From the IMG/VR virus record IMGVR_UViG_3300029258_005088: DNA of 64,000 bases; one strand, 5' to 3'. Source of the DNA: a virus. Positions 52,023 to 62,067 of this stretch are shown piece by piece (position 1 is the first letter of the stretch; every line of letters starts with the position of its first letter). The notes under the pieces were generated by a model. It was not told where the DNA came from. It searched no databases and saw only the letters and a list, made by a program, of their open reading frames with translations. Position numbers and translations under genes: made by a program.

Positions 52023-54077
52023 TTACTGCCGCTCACTTACGTCAAAAGTCCTGCTGAACGCCGGGAACAGCAGGGGCTCATGGGTAGCCACGAGAACGAA
52101 CACGCCCTTCTCCGTGACTTCCTTGGCCTTGGTAAGCACCTCGGCCAGGCGCGGCTTGTTGATCTCGTCCAACCATACGGTGGGCTCGTCCAGCACCAGG
52201 AACGGTACTGACGTGGCGGTGAGATCGCTTACCGCGAACTTGAACGCAAGGGCCAGGGCCACCTTCTGGCCGCCGCTGAGAGCCCTTGACGGCACGTCGG
52301 ACTTCGTCGCAAAGCTGCAGATGAAGTCGAACTCCTCGTTTATATATGCCGTGAAGTTCGTGTCGAAGACGCTCAAGTACTGGTCCAACAAGGAGTTGAG
52401 ACCGAACAGCATCTTCTGCATGACGAGCTTCGGCAATACGTCGCGATGGAGTTTCTCCCTGGCTCTCTCGAACAGGTTCCTTACGTGGCTGACTCCCTGT
52501 CTTTTGGCCTGCTCCTTCTCGAGGCCTGCTTTCTGCTGGGTAAGCGACGTCTTGCGAGATTCGGCCCCGGAGAGGTTGGCGGAGATTTGCCGCCGCTGCT
52601 CCAGGATCTCGTTGTAGTTGGTCATGAACTCGTTGGCGTTGTTACGCGCTTCGTCGTCCGTGAACGGAGCCTGCATCGCGTTCTCCAATGCGGTGGTAGC
52701 CTTGTCGACTCCCTGCTCCAACTGACGTATCTTACCTTCCTGAGCCTGCTTGGCCTGCAGATAGCTCATGTACGCTTGGTAGGCGCTCACGGCTTGCTGA
52801 TAGGCTTCGGCATCGAACGTGGTCTTCGGGATCGCTTCCAGCTCTGCCTGGGCGCTCTGCCACTGAGCGGTATTGGCATCGATCCTTGCCTGCAACGACC
52901 TCGTCGTGCTCTGGTAGGTGTCGAACTCCCGCTTGCAGGTCATGTACCCGGAATGCTTCAAGGTATATGCCTGTTGCTTCGCCTGGTAGTCCTTGATGAC
53001 CGCGTCCCTGGCTTGCTCTCCGCCTTCGAACTCGTATGGACGATTACATGTCGGACATGTCTTGTTCGTTGCGAGATCGTACCGCGGCTTGAGCTCGATC
53101 AGCTCGTTGTTGTCCTTCTCCAGTTCCACGCGGATTGGTTCGGGGTCCTCGACTGCGACGTCGGGCATCTGCTCCTCGAGAGCGTTGCCGGCCTTCTCCA
53201 GAGCAGTCATCGAATTCTGAATACGTGTGCAGTTTTCGCTGTTGGCTTTGGCCTGCTCCATCTCCGGGCTCGGCGGCTGTGCCTCCGGTACCGGTGTCAG
53301 ATTGCTCTCGGCGTTTGCCGCCGCCAGTGCCTTGTTGGCGCTGTCCAGAGCAGTCCGTGCCATATTGACGGACTGGTCGTGCTGAGCCTGCGTAGGCATC
53401 GCCAGTATGCCCTGCACGCTGGTGAGCTGACCTTGGTACTCCTGGAACAGCTTATCGAACGTTTCGTTGCGGCTCCTCAGATCCACAAGGCTCGTTTCCA
53501 GAGCCTGCAGCTCACCGTCTATCTCCGAGATCTCCGTGGTCCGGTCGATGAAAGTCGGCAGCTTGTTTATTCCATTTTCTTGGATGATGCCTCTGATCGT
53601 TTCCGCCTCTCTCGTACCGGCCAGGCGCTGAAAGAACGCCACTCGCACGGCATGGCTGCACGTCAGTATGTCCACTAGCGTTCCTTGAGGAGTCCAGCAC
53701 GTTTCATAGAATCCTTTGAAGGACATCCCGAGAGCCGCTTCCATGAATGCATTGGCATCCCCGGATTTCAGAGGCTTCTCCAGAACGTCGCTCTCGAGCT
53801 TCACCAAGGACGTGTGTACGTTCCTGGTAAGCTTGTAGCTGTTTCCGGCATGCTTGAAGTGGAACACGGTCTTGCCGGAGTCCGCTCCCCAGCGAAGGAG
53901 ATCGGACTTGTTGCAGTCGTGCCCGGTCTGACCCGTTACCGAAAAGAACAGGCCGTCGAGGAACGTGGACTTTCCGGAGCCGTTCCTGCCGATGACCCCG
54001 GTGATTCCCGTCTTGAAATCGTACTCCAGGTATTCATGCTGGAATACGTTGGTGAGTACTGTTTTTACTGGTTGCAT
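52023..54077 (-). CDS. sbcC: SbcC/Rad50/gp46-like SMC ATPase
   Basis: GRNGSGKST, Q-loop TPQG, zinc hook CPTC, LSGGQK, LVLDEP, ATH. Confidence 0.95.
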   Translation of the reverse strand: MQPVKTVLTNVFQHEYLEYDFKTGITGVIGRNGSGKSTFLDGLFFSVTGQTGHDCNKSDLLRWGADSGKTVFHFKHAGNSYKLTRNVHTSLVKLESDVLEKPLKSGDANAFMEAALGMSFKGFYETCWTPQGTLVDILTCSHAVRVAFFQRLAGTREAETIRGIIQENGINKLPTFIDRTTEISEIDGELQALETSLVDLRSRNETFDKLFQEYQGQLTSVQGILAMPTQAQHDQSVNMARTALDSANKALAAANAESNLTPVPEAQPPSPEMEQAKANSENCTRIQNSMTALEKAGNALEEQMPDVAVEDPEPIRVELEKDNNELIELKPRYDLATNKTCPTCNRPYEFEGGEQARDAVIKDYQAKQQAYTLKHSGYMTCKREFDTYQSTTRSLQARIDANTAQWQSAQAELEAIPKTTFDAEAYQQAVSAYQAYMSYLQAKQAQEGKIRQLEQGVDKATTALENAMQAPFTDDEARNNANEFMTNYNEILEQRRQISANLSGAESRKTSLTQQKAGLEKEQAKRQGVSHVRNLFERAREKLHRDVLPKLVMQKMLFGLNSLLDQYLSVFDTNFTAYINEEFDFICSFATKSDVPSRALSGGQKVALALAFKFAVSDLTATSVPFLVLDEPTVWLDEINKPRLAEVLTKAKEVTEKGVFVLVATHEPLLFPAFSRTFDVSERQ

Positions 54078-55138
54078 ACGAATGGCTCTATCTGCGCCTC
54101 CACCACCTGCTGAGCATTGCCCTGCAGACAGCTATGGAGGAAGTCATACAATTCCTTCTCCTTCACTGGATCAACCACCATTTCCAGGGAGTTGGCCAGC
54201 GACAGCTCCTTGAAGCTCTCCTGAGCCTCTTCCAGATCCTCCTTGGACAATATCTTGCCCTTGGCGCTTGGCTTCGTGAAGAAGTGGATCTCTGGAAAGG
54301 CGTCCTCCCAGCGATCTACGATGTCGGCGAACTCCGATACGTACTTGATCTCGACCAACGGGCCAAGCCCATCCTTGCCAAGCTTCTCGATCACGGGAAG
54401 CGCGGCTTCGATGGAGGCTACGTCCCCGTCGGACATCATGGCGAACCGCCTGATCTCTCGTCCGGGAATGTCATGTCGTACCCATTCGGTCGCTCCCTTG
54501 TGCAGGGAATAGAACCCGAACGGGCCCTCCTGGCTGATCGCCGTGGGATGGAGAGCGCCCGGAGAGACGCAGGTCGTTCCGTCGACCGTCGTTACGTCGT
54601 CGACATGGATGTCGCCCACGAGAACGTGCTTGACGTGCCTCGGAACGTCCTCTAGGGAATAGTCCGCGGCCGCTTCAAACCCCATCAGGTGCTCGGTCAT
54701 GCCATGCACGACCAATACCTCGACGTTCTTGGGAATGGTCTTCAGCTCCTCCTGCAGCTCCTCTCTGGTCATCCAGTCCAGGCCGTATATCACGCGATCG
54801 TCCAGGGTGACGGACTTCTTGTGAAGGGATACCGAACCCTGAACCTCGGCGATCGACACGTCCGGATCCTGGTCGTGGTTGCCTTGTATCGCGTACACGG
54901 TTATCCCTTCGTCATACATAGCATCGACGAATTCCGCATACGCCTCCAATGCCGCGCCTTTTATAGCGCACGCATCGAAGATATCCCCGCCCAGTATTAC
55001 GTGGACGGGTTCTTCTCTGTGCAGTTCAAGGACCTTGTCCCTGAAATCGGAAAAGGCCCGGAAGGAATCTCCATCGAGATCTCTCCGAGCCTTCCAGACG
55101 CGCTTCGTCAGATGCACGTCAGCGGCGAATACTATCAT
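54065..55138 (-). CDS. sbcD: SbcD/Mre11/gp47-like metallophosphoesterase nuclease
   Basis: ADVHL, GGDIFD, GNHD, VGDIH; start re-called to MIVFAA (ATGA overlap). Confidence 0.93.
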   Translation of the reverse strand: MIVFAADVHLTKRVWKARRDLDGDSFRAFSDFRDKVLELHREEPVHVILGGDIFDACAIKGAALEAYAEFVDAMYDEGITVYAIQGNHDQDPDVSIAEVQGSVSLHKKSVTLDDRVIYGLDWMTREELQEELKTIPKNVEVLVVHGMTEHLMGFEAAADYSLEDVPRHVKHVLVGDIHVDDVTTVDGTTCVSPGALHPTAISQEGPFGFYSLHKGATEWVRHDIPGREIRRFAMMSDGDVASIEAALPVIEKLGKDGLGPLVEIKYVSEFADIVDRWEDAFPEIHFFTKPSAKGKILSKEDLEEAQESFKELSLANSLEMVVDPVKEKELYDFLHSCLQGNAQQVVEAQIEPFVCNQ

Positions 55139-55494
55139 TCGGTATCCTCTTTCTTTGGCGGAGGGGTCTGCATGGCCTTCTCCACTATCTTTCTCTTGGC
55201 ATCCTCGGACGCCCAATCGAGAATCGCCCCCGCCTCTTCCAGGTGGGGGAAGTTATAAAAATAGAAAGGAGCCTCGGTGGCGCCTCCGTATTTCTCCTGC
55301 TCGTTGGCCGGTATCCGCCGGTAGCCGACGAGAACAAAGTTGGAGAAACCCACCGCCTGGATATGCGGCGTCATCTGTCTCAACAACTTCTGTATCTTCT
55401 CGAAACTGGGCGACTGCGGGGGAGACGGCTTCGACGCGAACTTCGACTGCCGCTTCTTCTGCGGCTGTGTTCTTCTATTCTTCTTTTTCGCCAT
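55135..55494 (-). CDS. hypothetical protein with basic N-terminus
   Basis: Coupled to sbcD. Confidence 0.65.
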   Translation of the reverse strand: MAKKKNRRTQPQKKRQSKFASKPSPPQSPSFEKIQKLLRQMTPHIQAVGFSNFVLVGYRRIPANEQEKYGGATEAPFYFYNFPHLEEAGAILDWASEDAKRKIVEKAMQTPPPKKEDTE

Positions 55495-55942
55495 GGAACC
55501 TCATTATTCCGAACGGTGTCAATACCATTGCAAGTATCAGTAGCGGAACAACCGGCAATATCAACGTGACTATGGAATTGAGTACCAACATCACGCCAAC
55601 GAGCCCGGGGCCTCGCTTTATGATATAGTTCTTGGTAGGGATTATCTGACCCCAGTACCAGCCTATCCAGCATATGAAAAGGCCTGCTATGGTACCGGAG
55701 AATATCCCCCAGCGATTGTCGAACAACCACACAAGACCGGGAGCACTGAACATGCCCCAGAACTGGACGTAAGCCAGTACCTCGTCCACGGACGTGTCTC
55801 TGCGGGGTTTTTCTTTCTTGGTTGGATGCGGTCTGGAGTCAAGCTCTCGGGCTTCCTCCAGCGTGTAGGTGTCTTGGGTCGTCATCCCGAATCCGGGACG
55901 ATCCCAATCATGTTTGACTGTCATCTTTGCGTGTGAGCCCAC
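55475..55942 (-). CDS. putative membrane protein
   Basis: Three to four hydrophobic segments in the C-terminal half. Confidence 0.65.
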   Translation of the reverse strand: MGSHAKMTVKHDWDRPGFGMTTQDTYTLEEARELDSRPHPTKKEKPRRDTSVDEVLAYVQFWGMFSAPGLVWLFDNRWGIFSGTIAGLFICWIGWYWGQIIPTKNYIIKRGPGLVGVMLVLNSIVTLILPVVPLLILAMVLTPFGIMRFHGEKEE

Positions 55943-56090
55943 GAGTACGAGGCGTCTTCACGGGCTCCATATCAAGAGGCCGTTCGACGGGGCGTCTGTG
56001 TGAATGCAGTCTGCCCATGACGTATCGGGAGGTGTTCCTGATCTGACATGGTCTCGACTTCTTTCTACGCGTGTACTCTTCTGGTCTCAT
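55908..56090 (-). CDS. small basic hypothetical protein
   Basis: GAGG RBS; 60 aa. Confidence 0.45.
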   Translation of the reverse strand: MRPEEYTRRKKSRPCQIRNTSRYVMGRLHSHRRPVERPLDMEPVKTPRTRGLTRKDDSQT

Positions 56091-56182
56091 GTTCCCTCGT
56101 GGTTGTTAAAACCTACTTCACACGCTTACAAAAAACAAGTACTAGCTAAAGAAAAGCCGTACCTTGAGGGAAAGGGATTTTC

Positions 56183-56229
56183 AAAAGGGGCGCCCCGGCA
56201 GGCCGTGTCATAAGCCGACACGGCCTGCC
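56183..56229 (-). terminator. double hairpin terminator
   Basis: Perfect 13-bp stem GGCAGGCCGTGTC-N7-GACACGGCCTGCC, then GGGGCGCCCC-TTTT. Confidence 0.7.
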
Positions 56230-56240
56230 AGGACTGATGC

Positions 56241-56507
56241 TCAATAGCTGTGTTGAGCTTTCTTGCTCTTCTGTTTCTCAGGTGCCTTTCGCCGGAACAC
56301 GACGTAAAGCTCCACGTCGCTGTCGGGGTAAACCTCGAACAGCCACGAATAGCAAGTTGGGAGGGGGTGCCTGCGTGTTATCGCAAGCTCCCAACACTCC
56401 GGAACCTCTCGTTCGACTTCCCGCAGAAAGTCCCCGGCATGCCCACCAGCGATCATTTCGCGGGCGGCATCAACGAGATCCGGGTGCGGTCCCATAATGG
56501 TAAGCAC
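56241..56507 (-). CDS. hypothetical protein
   Basis: GTG start in TAGTG overlap. Confidence 0.55.
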   Translation of the reverse strand: MLTIMGPHPDLVDAAREMIAGGHAGDFLREVEREVPECWELAITRRHPLPTCYSWLFEVYPDSDVELYVVFRRKAPEKQKSKKAQHSY

Positions 56508-57001
56508 TACCAGGACCTCATCTGCAGCTCGAACCCACCAAGGCACTTCATGTGCCCGTGGAGCTCGAGTTGCAGGTCGGGTCTTGCGACCCTTGAGTAC
56601 CGTCGATAGGCCTCAGCTTTGGCCTGATCGACGGTGTCCTCCAGCGACTGTGTTTCGGTGCAGTCGCTGGTCGCCAGGGAGCGGAGTCTGTTCATCAGCC
56701 CTTGGTGGGCCGATTCGACTCCGCGTAGCTCGAGCACCTCGCGATCATGCTCGAGCTTCTCCCTGGCCTCCCCGGAAATCTCCAGGGAAAGCAGGACTCT
56801 GACCGAGGCCAGCGCGACCTCGATCTCCTCACAGGCTTCTCTCGGGGGAAGCCCTTCCCCTGCCGACGCCCAATCCGCTTGGGCGGCGTTCTCGGCCTCG
56901 TCTTCCGGCAGTAGTGCTTCATACTGCAGACCGATGGCCGTTTTCACGTACATCGCGGCCGAAGATACGGCCGCTTCGAAGGTATGGGTTGAGGTGCCCA
57001 T
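56507..57001 (-). CDS. helical hypothetical protein
   Basis: Start re-called to MGTSTH behind GGAGG. Confidence 0.65.
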   Translation of the reverse strand: MGTSTHTFEAAVSSAAMYVKTAIGLQYEALLPEDEAENAAQADWASAGEGLPPREACEEIEVALASVRVLLSLEISGEAREKLEHDREVLELRGVESAHQGLMNRLRSLATSDCTETQSLEDTVDQAKAEAYRRYSRVARPDLQLELHGHMKCLGGFELQMRSW

Positions 57002-57232
57002 TGTTTTGCCTCCTGTTGCTGATTTATTGATTCCTAAGCTCCCCAGTGAGCCGTCGGAAACGTGTTCGTCGCCCAGCAACAAATAGCTACGATCACGCAG
57101 TTAATTATGCCAAAAAAAACCCCGAAATTAAGGTGTTTTCAGGGGGTATATCCCGATTTCGTGGGGGTCCTTGCATATGCGATTTACGGAGCTAGTTTAG
57201 ATACAGTGATTGCCCCTCACACACGGTCGGTT

Positions 57233-58993
57233 ATGGAACAAGAATCATTTCATGCAGTAGACAATCTAGGTAGCAGAATAAAGAGCGTAAGGCATCCTGC
57301 GATGCTTACGGCGGCTCTTCCGCTGTTCCGTCTCAAGGGACATCCCTACACCCTAGATGACCATTTCTTCTTCGAAGTCCTGTTCAACGTACATCTACCC
57401 CGCAGAGCCCTGTTCAAATGCGCCCGTCAGGTGGGAAAATCCCAGAACATGACGGTGGCCAAGCTATCCAAGACGATATCCCTGCCATACTACAACAGCT
57501 TGTTCGTATGTCCACGATTCGAGCAGATCAAGCGTATATCCAACAACTACATGCGTCCTCTGATCGAGGAATCCCCGGTAAAGCAGATATTCGTGAGGGA
57601 CGGGCAGGCCAGAGACCAAAGTATCCTGCAGCGCACGTTCAAGAACGGATCCGTTCACTTCTACTCGTTCGCCTTCCTGGACGCCGAGCGTATCCGTTCG
57701 GTATCCTGCTCCGACGTGAACTTGGACGAGGTACAGGACATACAATGGGACTTCATCCCCGTCATAGCGGAGACGATGTCCGGATCCAAGCGGTGGAGGA
57801 ACCAGCTATATACAGGAACTCCCAAGACCCTGGACAACACCATACACCTCCTATGGAACGACAGCACCCAGTCGGAATGGGTGATAAGGTGCTCAGGCTG
57901 CAACTACTGGAACGTGCCGAGCGCGGAACACGATCTGATAAAGATGATCGGAAGCAACGGACCGATATGCGCCAAGTGCGGAAAGAGGGTGGAACCCAGG
58001 GAAGGGAACTGGGCACACTCCTTCCCGGATAGACAAGGCATATTCGTCGGATACCATATACCGCAGACGATCCATCCCCTGCACTACGAATCCGAGGCCA
58101 ACTGGCAGGACCTGCTCTACAAGATGCACTCCTATCCGGAATACCGGTTCATGAACGAGTGTCTGGGTGAGAGCTTCGACTCCGGCATAAAGCTGATGAC
58201 CTTGAAGGATCTGCGCCGCCTGGCCCGTTGTGGACCGAATACCCTGGAATACGCCTGTAACGCACGCAGAGAGTTCGAACTGGTCTCGATGGGTATCGAC
58301 TGGGGAGGAGGCGGTCACGAGTCACAGTCCTATACCGCTATGGTCGTGGCAGGCCTTCGTCCGGGCAGCGACGTCATCGAGGTTTTGTACTACGAGAAAC
58401 TCAGCAGAACGCTTCCCCCGGAGCACGAGACTGTGTGGATCCTGGATATGATCCGAAAGTTCAACCCTCAGTTCGTGGCACATGACTACGGCGGAGCCGG
58501 CAACCTTCGGGAGCTCATGATGATTCAGGCAGGCGTCCCTCTGGAAAAGATCATACCCTATACCTACGTCGCCAGTGCGAAGAAGCCCGTGATCACCTAC
58601 GACGCGTCCAAGGACTCCGGAACCAGATCTTCGTACAGCATAGACAAGGCCCGCTCCATCGTCACGCTGTGTACCATGATGAAGGCAGGAAAGGTGCTTC
58701 TGCCGCTCCGCGAGGAGAAGGACGAGAACGATGCCATGAACGATCTCCTGAACCTCAACGAAGACAGGCAGGAGCGTCCTCGAGGCTCCGACGTCATACT
58801 GGTGAGCAAAACCGCCGGTACGTCGGATGATACGGCACATGCCCTGAACTATGCCTGTGCCTGCCTGTGGTACGCCGGCAGGGGCTATCCGGACCTGGCG
58901 GAGGCCATGCGGATAAAGCTTTCGCAAAAGGACATATCGATGATCTCGCCTAAGAAGATAAGACTCAGCGACTGGAGGAACCCCGATGAATGA
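57233..58993 (+). CDS. terL: Terminase large subunit (GpA-like)
   Basis: Walker A KCARQVGKS, Walker B VNLDEVQD, coupling motif TGTP, nuclease GIDWGGG, C-terminal DDTAHALNY; start uncertain (57233 chosen; frame open from 57062). Confidence 0.92.
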   Translation: MEQESFHAVDNLGSRIKSVRHPAMLTAALPLFRLKGHPYTLDDHFFFEVLFNVHLPRRALFKCARQVGKSQNMTVAKLSKTISLPYYNSLFVCPRFEQIKRISNNYMRPLIEESPVKQIFVRDGQARDQSILQRTFKNGSVHFYSFAFLDAERIRSVSCSDVNLDEVQDIQWDFIPVIAETMSGSKRWRNQLYTGTPKTLDNTIHLLWNDSTQSEWVIRCSGCNYWNVPSAEHDLIKMIGSNGPICAKCGKRVEPREGNWAHSFPDRQGIFVGYHIPQTIHPLHYESEANWQDLLYKMHSYPEYRFMNECLGESFDSGIKLMTLKDLRRLARCGPNTLEYACNARREFELVSMGIDWGGGGHESQSYTAMVVAGLRPGSDVIEVLYYEKLSRTLPPEHETVWILDMIRKFNPQFVAHDYGGAGNLRELMMIQAGVPLEKIIPYTYVASAKKPVITYDASKDSGTRSSYSIDKARSIVTLCTMMKAGKVLLPLREEKDENDAMNDLLNLNEDRQERPRGSDVILVSKTAGTSDDTAHALNYACACLWYAGRGYPDLAEAMRIKLSQKDISMISPKKIRLSDWRNPDE

Positions 58994-59366
58994 GCGTTAT
59001 AAGGATCTGGTGAAAAGGATAGAGGATCTAAAGGCGGAGAAGGAAGGGCGCAAGCCCAAGTACCCGTCTCTGTTCAAGATGGCGAGTAACTTCGTCATGT
59101 CCATGGCCAAGGTAGGGGTCACCGCCATAAAGGGCGACGACATCCTCGTGGACGAAGAGGAATTCATCGATCGATTGGAGATATGCTGCGGCTGTGCTCT
59201 ATTTGATCCGGAACAAGTAAGATGTACCGACGAGAGCTGCGGATGCTTTCTGAAGGCTAAAGGACGCCTGGCCGCCATGATCTGCCCACTGTATCTGTGG
59301 CCGGGAGATATCGAAAAATCAGCACTAGGACTGGAGGTCGAAGATGCCGAAGAAGAAACAGACTAG
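58986..59366 (+). CDS. Cys-rich small protein (RLxIC..C...RC...CGCF...CP...W)
   Basis: Conserved Cys pattern recalled from large phages; coupled to terL. Confidence 0.75.
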   Translation: MNERYKDLVKRIEDLKAEKEGRKPKYPSLFKMASNFVMSMAKVGVTAIKGDDILVDEEEFIDRLEICCGCALFDPEQVRCTDESCGCFLKAKGRLAAMICPLYLWPGDIEKSALGLEVEDAEEETD

Positions 59367-59943
59367 AAAGAAGGTCCAAGAGGCCAAGAAGAAAGAGATC
59401 ACAAAGAAGCAGGACAAGGTCCGCAAGGTCAGAAACATCCATGGTAGTCTGTGGAAGACCTGGGAACGGGCATGGGCCGAGGACGGGGTGATCAAGATCC
59501 AGGACAAGGAAACGGGAGAGATCCAGCACCTGTCCCCCAGAGACGCGGCCCTGAGAGCGCAGGTGATCAATCAGATGCTGGGCAACCCCAAGATGCCTTT
59601 CGACGAAAGACAGAAGGCTATCAACTTCGTGGCCAAGGTCATCGAGATCATAAAAGAAGCCAAGTACCAAAACGAGGCACCTGGCAACAGAAACGAGCAG
59701 ATGGTGGCCAACGTACTGTCAGGCAAGACCGCCGAGGGAGAGGAGATCAAACCGATCACCGACCCGGAGGAGATGCTGAAGTTCCTGAGCTTCAAGTACC
59801 CCATGCTGGCCTTGGATGAGATAAAACAGGTATGTAACGAGAAGATACCTCAACAAGACAAGCTGGGGATACTACAGACCATAAACGCCGACCGGCTTAT
59901 GGAGCTGGTTCAGAAGAACGAGCAGTTCCAGCAGGGCCGTTAG
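59344..59943 (+). CDS. hypothetical protein
   Basis: GGAGG RBS; coupled. Confidence 0.75.
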   Translation: MPKKKQTRKKVQEAKKKEITKKQDKVRKVRNIHGSLWKTWERAWAEDGVIKIQDKETGEIQHLSPRDAALRAQVINQMLGNPKMPFDERQKAINFVAKVIEIIKEAKYQNEAPGNRNEQMVANVLSGKTAEGEEIKPITDPEEMLKFLSFKYPMLALDEIKQVCNEKIPQQDKLGILQTINADRLMELVQKNEQFQQGR

Positions 59944-60338
59944 GCTCCCGACGAACTCATGTATTCTTCTGCGGAGCTGTAGCCTTCTTCCTCGGCGGAG
60001 CTGTAGCCTTCCATTCCGGAGCTACTGATCGGGACGAGGTTGTTGAAGTAGTTCTCGATGTCCACTACGTGCAACTTCCATACGTCCGCGGGTACGCGGG
60101 GGCGCAGGCTTTTACGAGCGAGAACGAGGACTTCGTCCAGAGCTGCCTGAACGGCCGCCAGATCGGCGTAGTCCACGACCTTGTCCCATTTGCACTTGGC
60201 GCGGATGTCGTAGGTAAATCTCACGTAGCCGCCTCCGAGGGCGGTAACGCTGAGGACGGCGTCCCAGAGGTAGGGGGCTTGATGGGCAAGCACCAGGGAC
60301 GGATAGACGGGGAGCACTTCTGAGCTTGATGAAGACAT
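59940..60338 (-). CDS. putative virion protein with Ser/Glu-rich termini
   Basis: MSSSSSE...; EGYSSAEE x2. Confidence 0.7.
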   Translation of the reverse strand: MSSSSSEVLPVYPSLVLAHQAPYLWDAVLSVTALGGGYVRFTYDIRAKCKWDKVVDYADLAAVQAALDEVLVLARKSLRPRVPADVWKLHVVDIENYFNNLVPISSSGMEGYSSAEEEGYSSAEEYMSSSGA

Positions 60339-60354
60339 GTTGGTTTCCTTCTTC

Positions 60355-61035
60355 CTATGCTACTTCCGGTTTGCTTGGCGTTACCTTGGGTAGCCGATTT
60401 CTGATAAAATCCGCGTTGCCTGTTTTCAGAGGCAGCTGGGCGAGCTGTCTCATCAGCAACAAGATCTGTTGGTTGTTGTTCGATTCCAGTGTTACTTTGT
60501 CGTTCTCCTGGGAATCCCAGAAGACCCTGTGCAGGAGCTCGTCGTCGAAGCTCTCGTCGTCTCGGACTTCCTCCGCGACGTCGTATTCGGCGAAGGACAG
60601 GATGGACGGGGGCCTTCTGATGCCGGCCTGGCTGAGAACGAGTCCTACGTAGCGGCTGACGTCATGACCGAACTCCTCGGTGTCGAAGTCGTCACCGAGG
60701 AGTATTCTCGCTTCGGTCACGCCCCACAATATATCATCGAGATCGGCTGGCACGAACAGTTCGGAGGCGACTGCGCCGAAGTTCAGCGCATCGCAGGATG
60801 CGTTGAAGGTCTCGATGCTTATGAAGAAGAGATTGGAGGTGAACAGGGAACAAGCCGCCTGGATCCTGTCCATCAGACCGGGATCGGGCTCCAGACCGAA
60901 ATCAGCCGTAAGCTCCAGCTCTACGGTGATGGGATCCCACTCGATGAACTCCGTTCCCCAGGCATCCACGAGGAGCGCCATGGCGGACGTAGCGAAAAGC
61001 GTGGGATCCTCCAGCCATTCCCTGATATCCTTCAC
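60355..61035 (-). CDS. acidic hypothetical protein (putative virion/morphogenesis)
   Basis: ATGA-coupled ORF near terminase. Confidence 0.75.
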   Translation of the reverse strand: MKDIREWLEDPTLFATSAMALLVDAWGTEFIEWDPITVELELTADFGLEPDPGLMDRIQAACSLFTSNLFFISIETFNASCDALNFGAVASELFVPADLDDILWGVTEARILLGDDFDTEEFGHDVSRYVGLVLSQAGIRRPPSILSFAEYDVAEEVRDDESFDDELLHRVFWDSQENDKVTLESNNNQQILLLMRQLAQLPLKTGNADFIRNRLPKVTPSKPEVA

Positions 61036-62066
61036 AGAACTTCCACTCCTCTGTTCTTGAGATGCGTGGACAGGATATTGGCCCGCCGCTCGGGCATGCT
61101 CTGTACGTAATCCACGGCCTCATCCAGAGATGCGCACTTCTGGCCGAAGTTTTCCTCGAGGAAGCGCATCGAAGATTCGATATCGTCCTTCCTGACCCAT
61201 TCCCCGTTGGGAAGCCTGACAGCCAGTTTGTTGAAGTGGTCGAAGTCGGATAGGGTGACCTCGAACAACTGACGCTCCGGGGGCTGGAAGGTGTCTGTAT
61301 AGCGTGTGTGGAGTCCGACGAAACGGTCGATGGCATCGAGCATGGAAGCGGTCTTCTGCGTCATCTCGTGACTCAGCATGCCGTCCTCACTGGCGAGCTT
61401 GATCATGTCGCTCAGTTCCTCGAGACCTTCCTTGATCGGCTTGTTGTGATGGGCCGTGGCATGCCAGCGTTGGCGAACTGCGTTCAAAGCCGAGCTCTCG
61501 GTTCCAACGCCCATTCCTGCGACCTTCTGCATATCCGATGCGACCTTCATGGTGAGACCATCCCGGAGATCTTCGGGTGCCTGCAGGACCTGCTTGGCCA
61601 CTCCCTGTCTCACGCCCAGAGGGTACTTTCCTCCGTCCATGATGTCGTCGGCTACCTTCTGCAGCTCCTCGGACGAAGCGACCTTGACGAGAACGCCGGC
61701 ACCGATCGGATAGGTGATCTCGAAAGCGTTCGAGGCTTCCTTCGGCATATGCTTCAAGTCGTCTGCCGTTGGCAGGGTGATATCCCAGAACTCCGCGGCC
61801 TTCTCGAAGGCTTGCTCGGCACATACCCGTACGTGCTCTGGTACGTCCGAGGCGAACTTATGGAAGTAGGCGGCTGAAAGCCAGGTGTCCTGCGCGGTGT
61901 GCAGAGGGAACATCCTCTGTGATGGCCACGCGAATCGATCAGAGTCCAACTCCTTTACGTCCTCGGGCGTGGACTGGGATGCTTCCTTGACAAATTCAGG
62001 AAATTCCAGTACCGTGTTTAACTGGAACATACCAGCCTGGTTTGAATCTCGGATTTGGTCCAACAT
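61032..62066 (-). CDS. putative internal head protein with multiple K-x-A-S motifs
   Basis: Start re-called to MLDQIR behind AGGAG; 8 KxAS and 12 KxA among 20 lysines. Confidence 0.75.
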   Translation of the reverse strand: MLDQIRDSNQAGMFQLNTVLEFPEFVKEASQSTPEDVKELDSDRFAWPSQRMFPLHTAQDTWLSAAYFHKFASDVPEHVRVCAEQAFEKAAEFWDITLPTADDLKHMPKEASNAFEITYPIGAGVLVKVASSEELQKVADDIMDGGKYPLGVRQGVAKQVLQAPEDLRDGLTMKVASDMQKVAGMGVGTESSALNAVRQRWHATAHHNKPIKEGLEELSDMIKLASEDGMLSHEMTQKTASMLDAIDRFVGLHTRYTDTFQPPERQLFEVTLSDFDHFNKLAVRLPNGEWVRKDDIESSMRFLEENFGQKCASLDEAVDYVQSMPERRANILSTHLKNRGVEVL

Positions 62067-62067
62067 A

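Noticed and set aside
61032-62066. Major capsid or portal protein call
   Set aside because: No HK97-fold or portal motifs recognisable; only the KxAS pattern and location are supported
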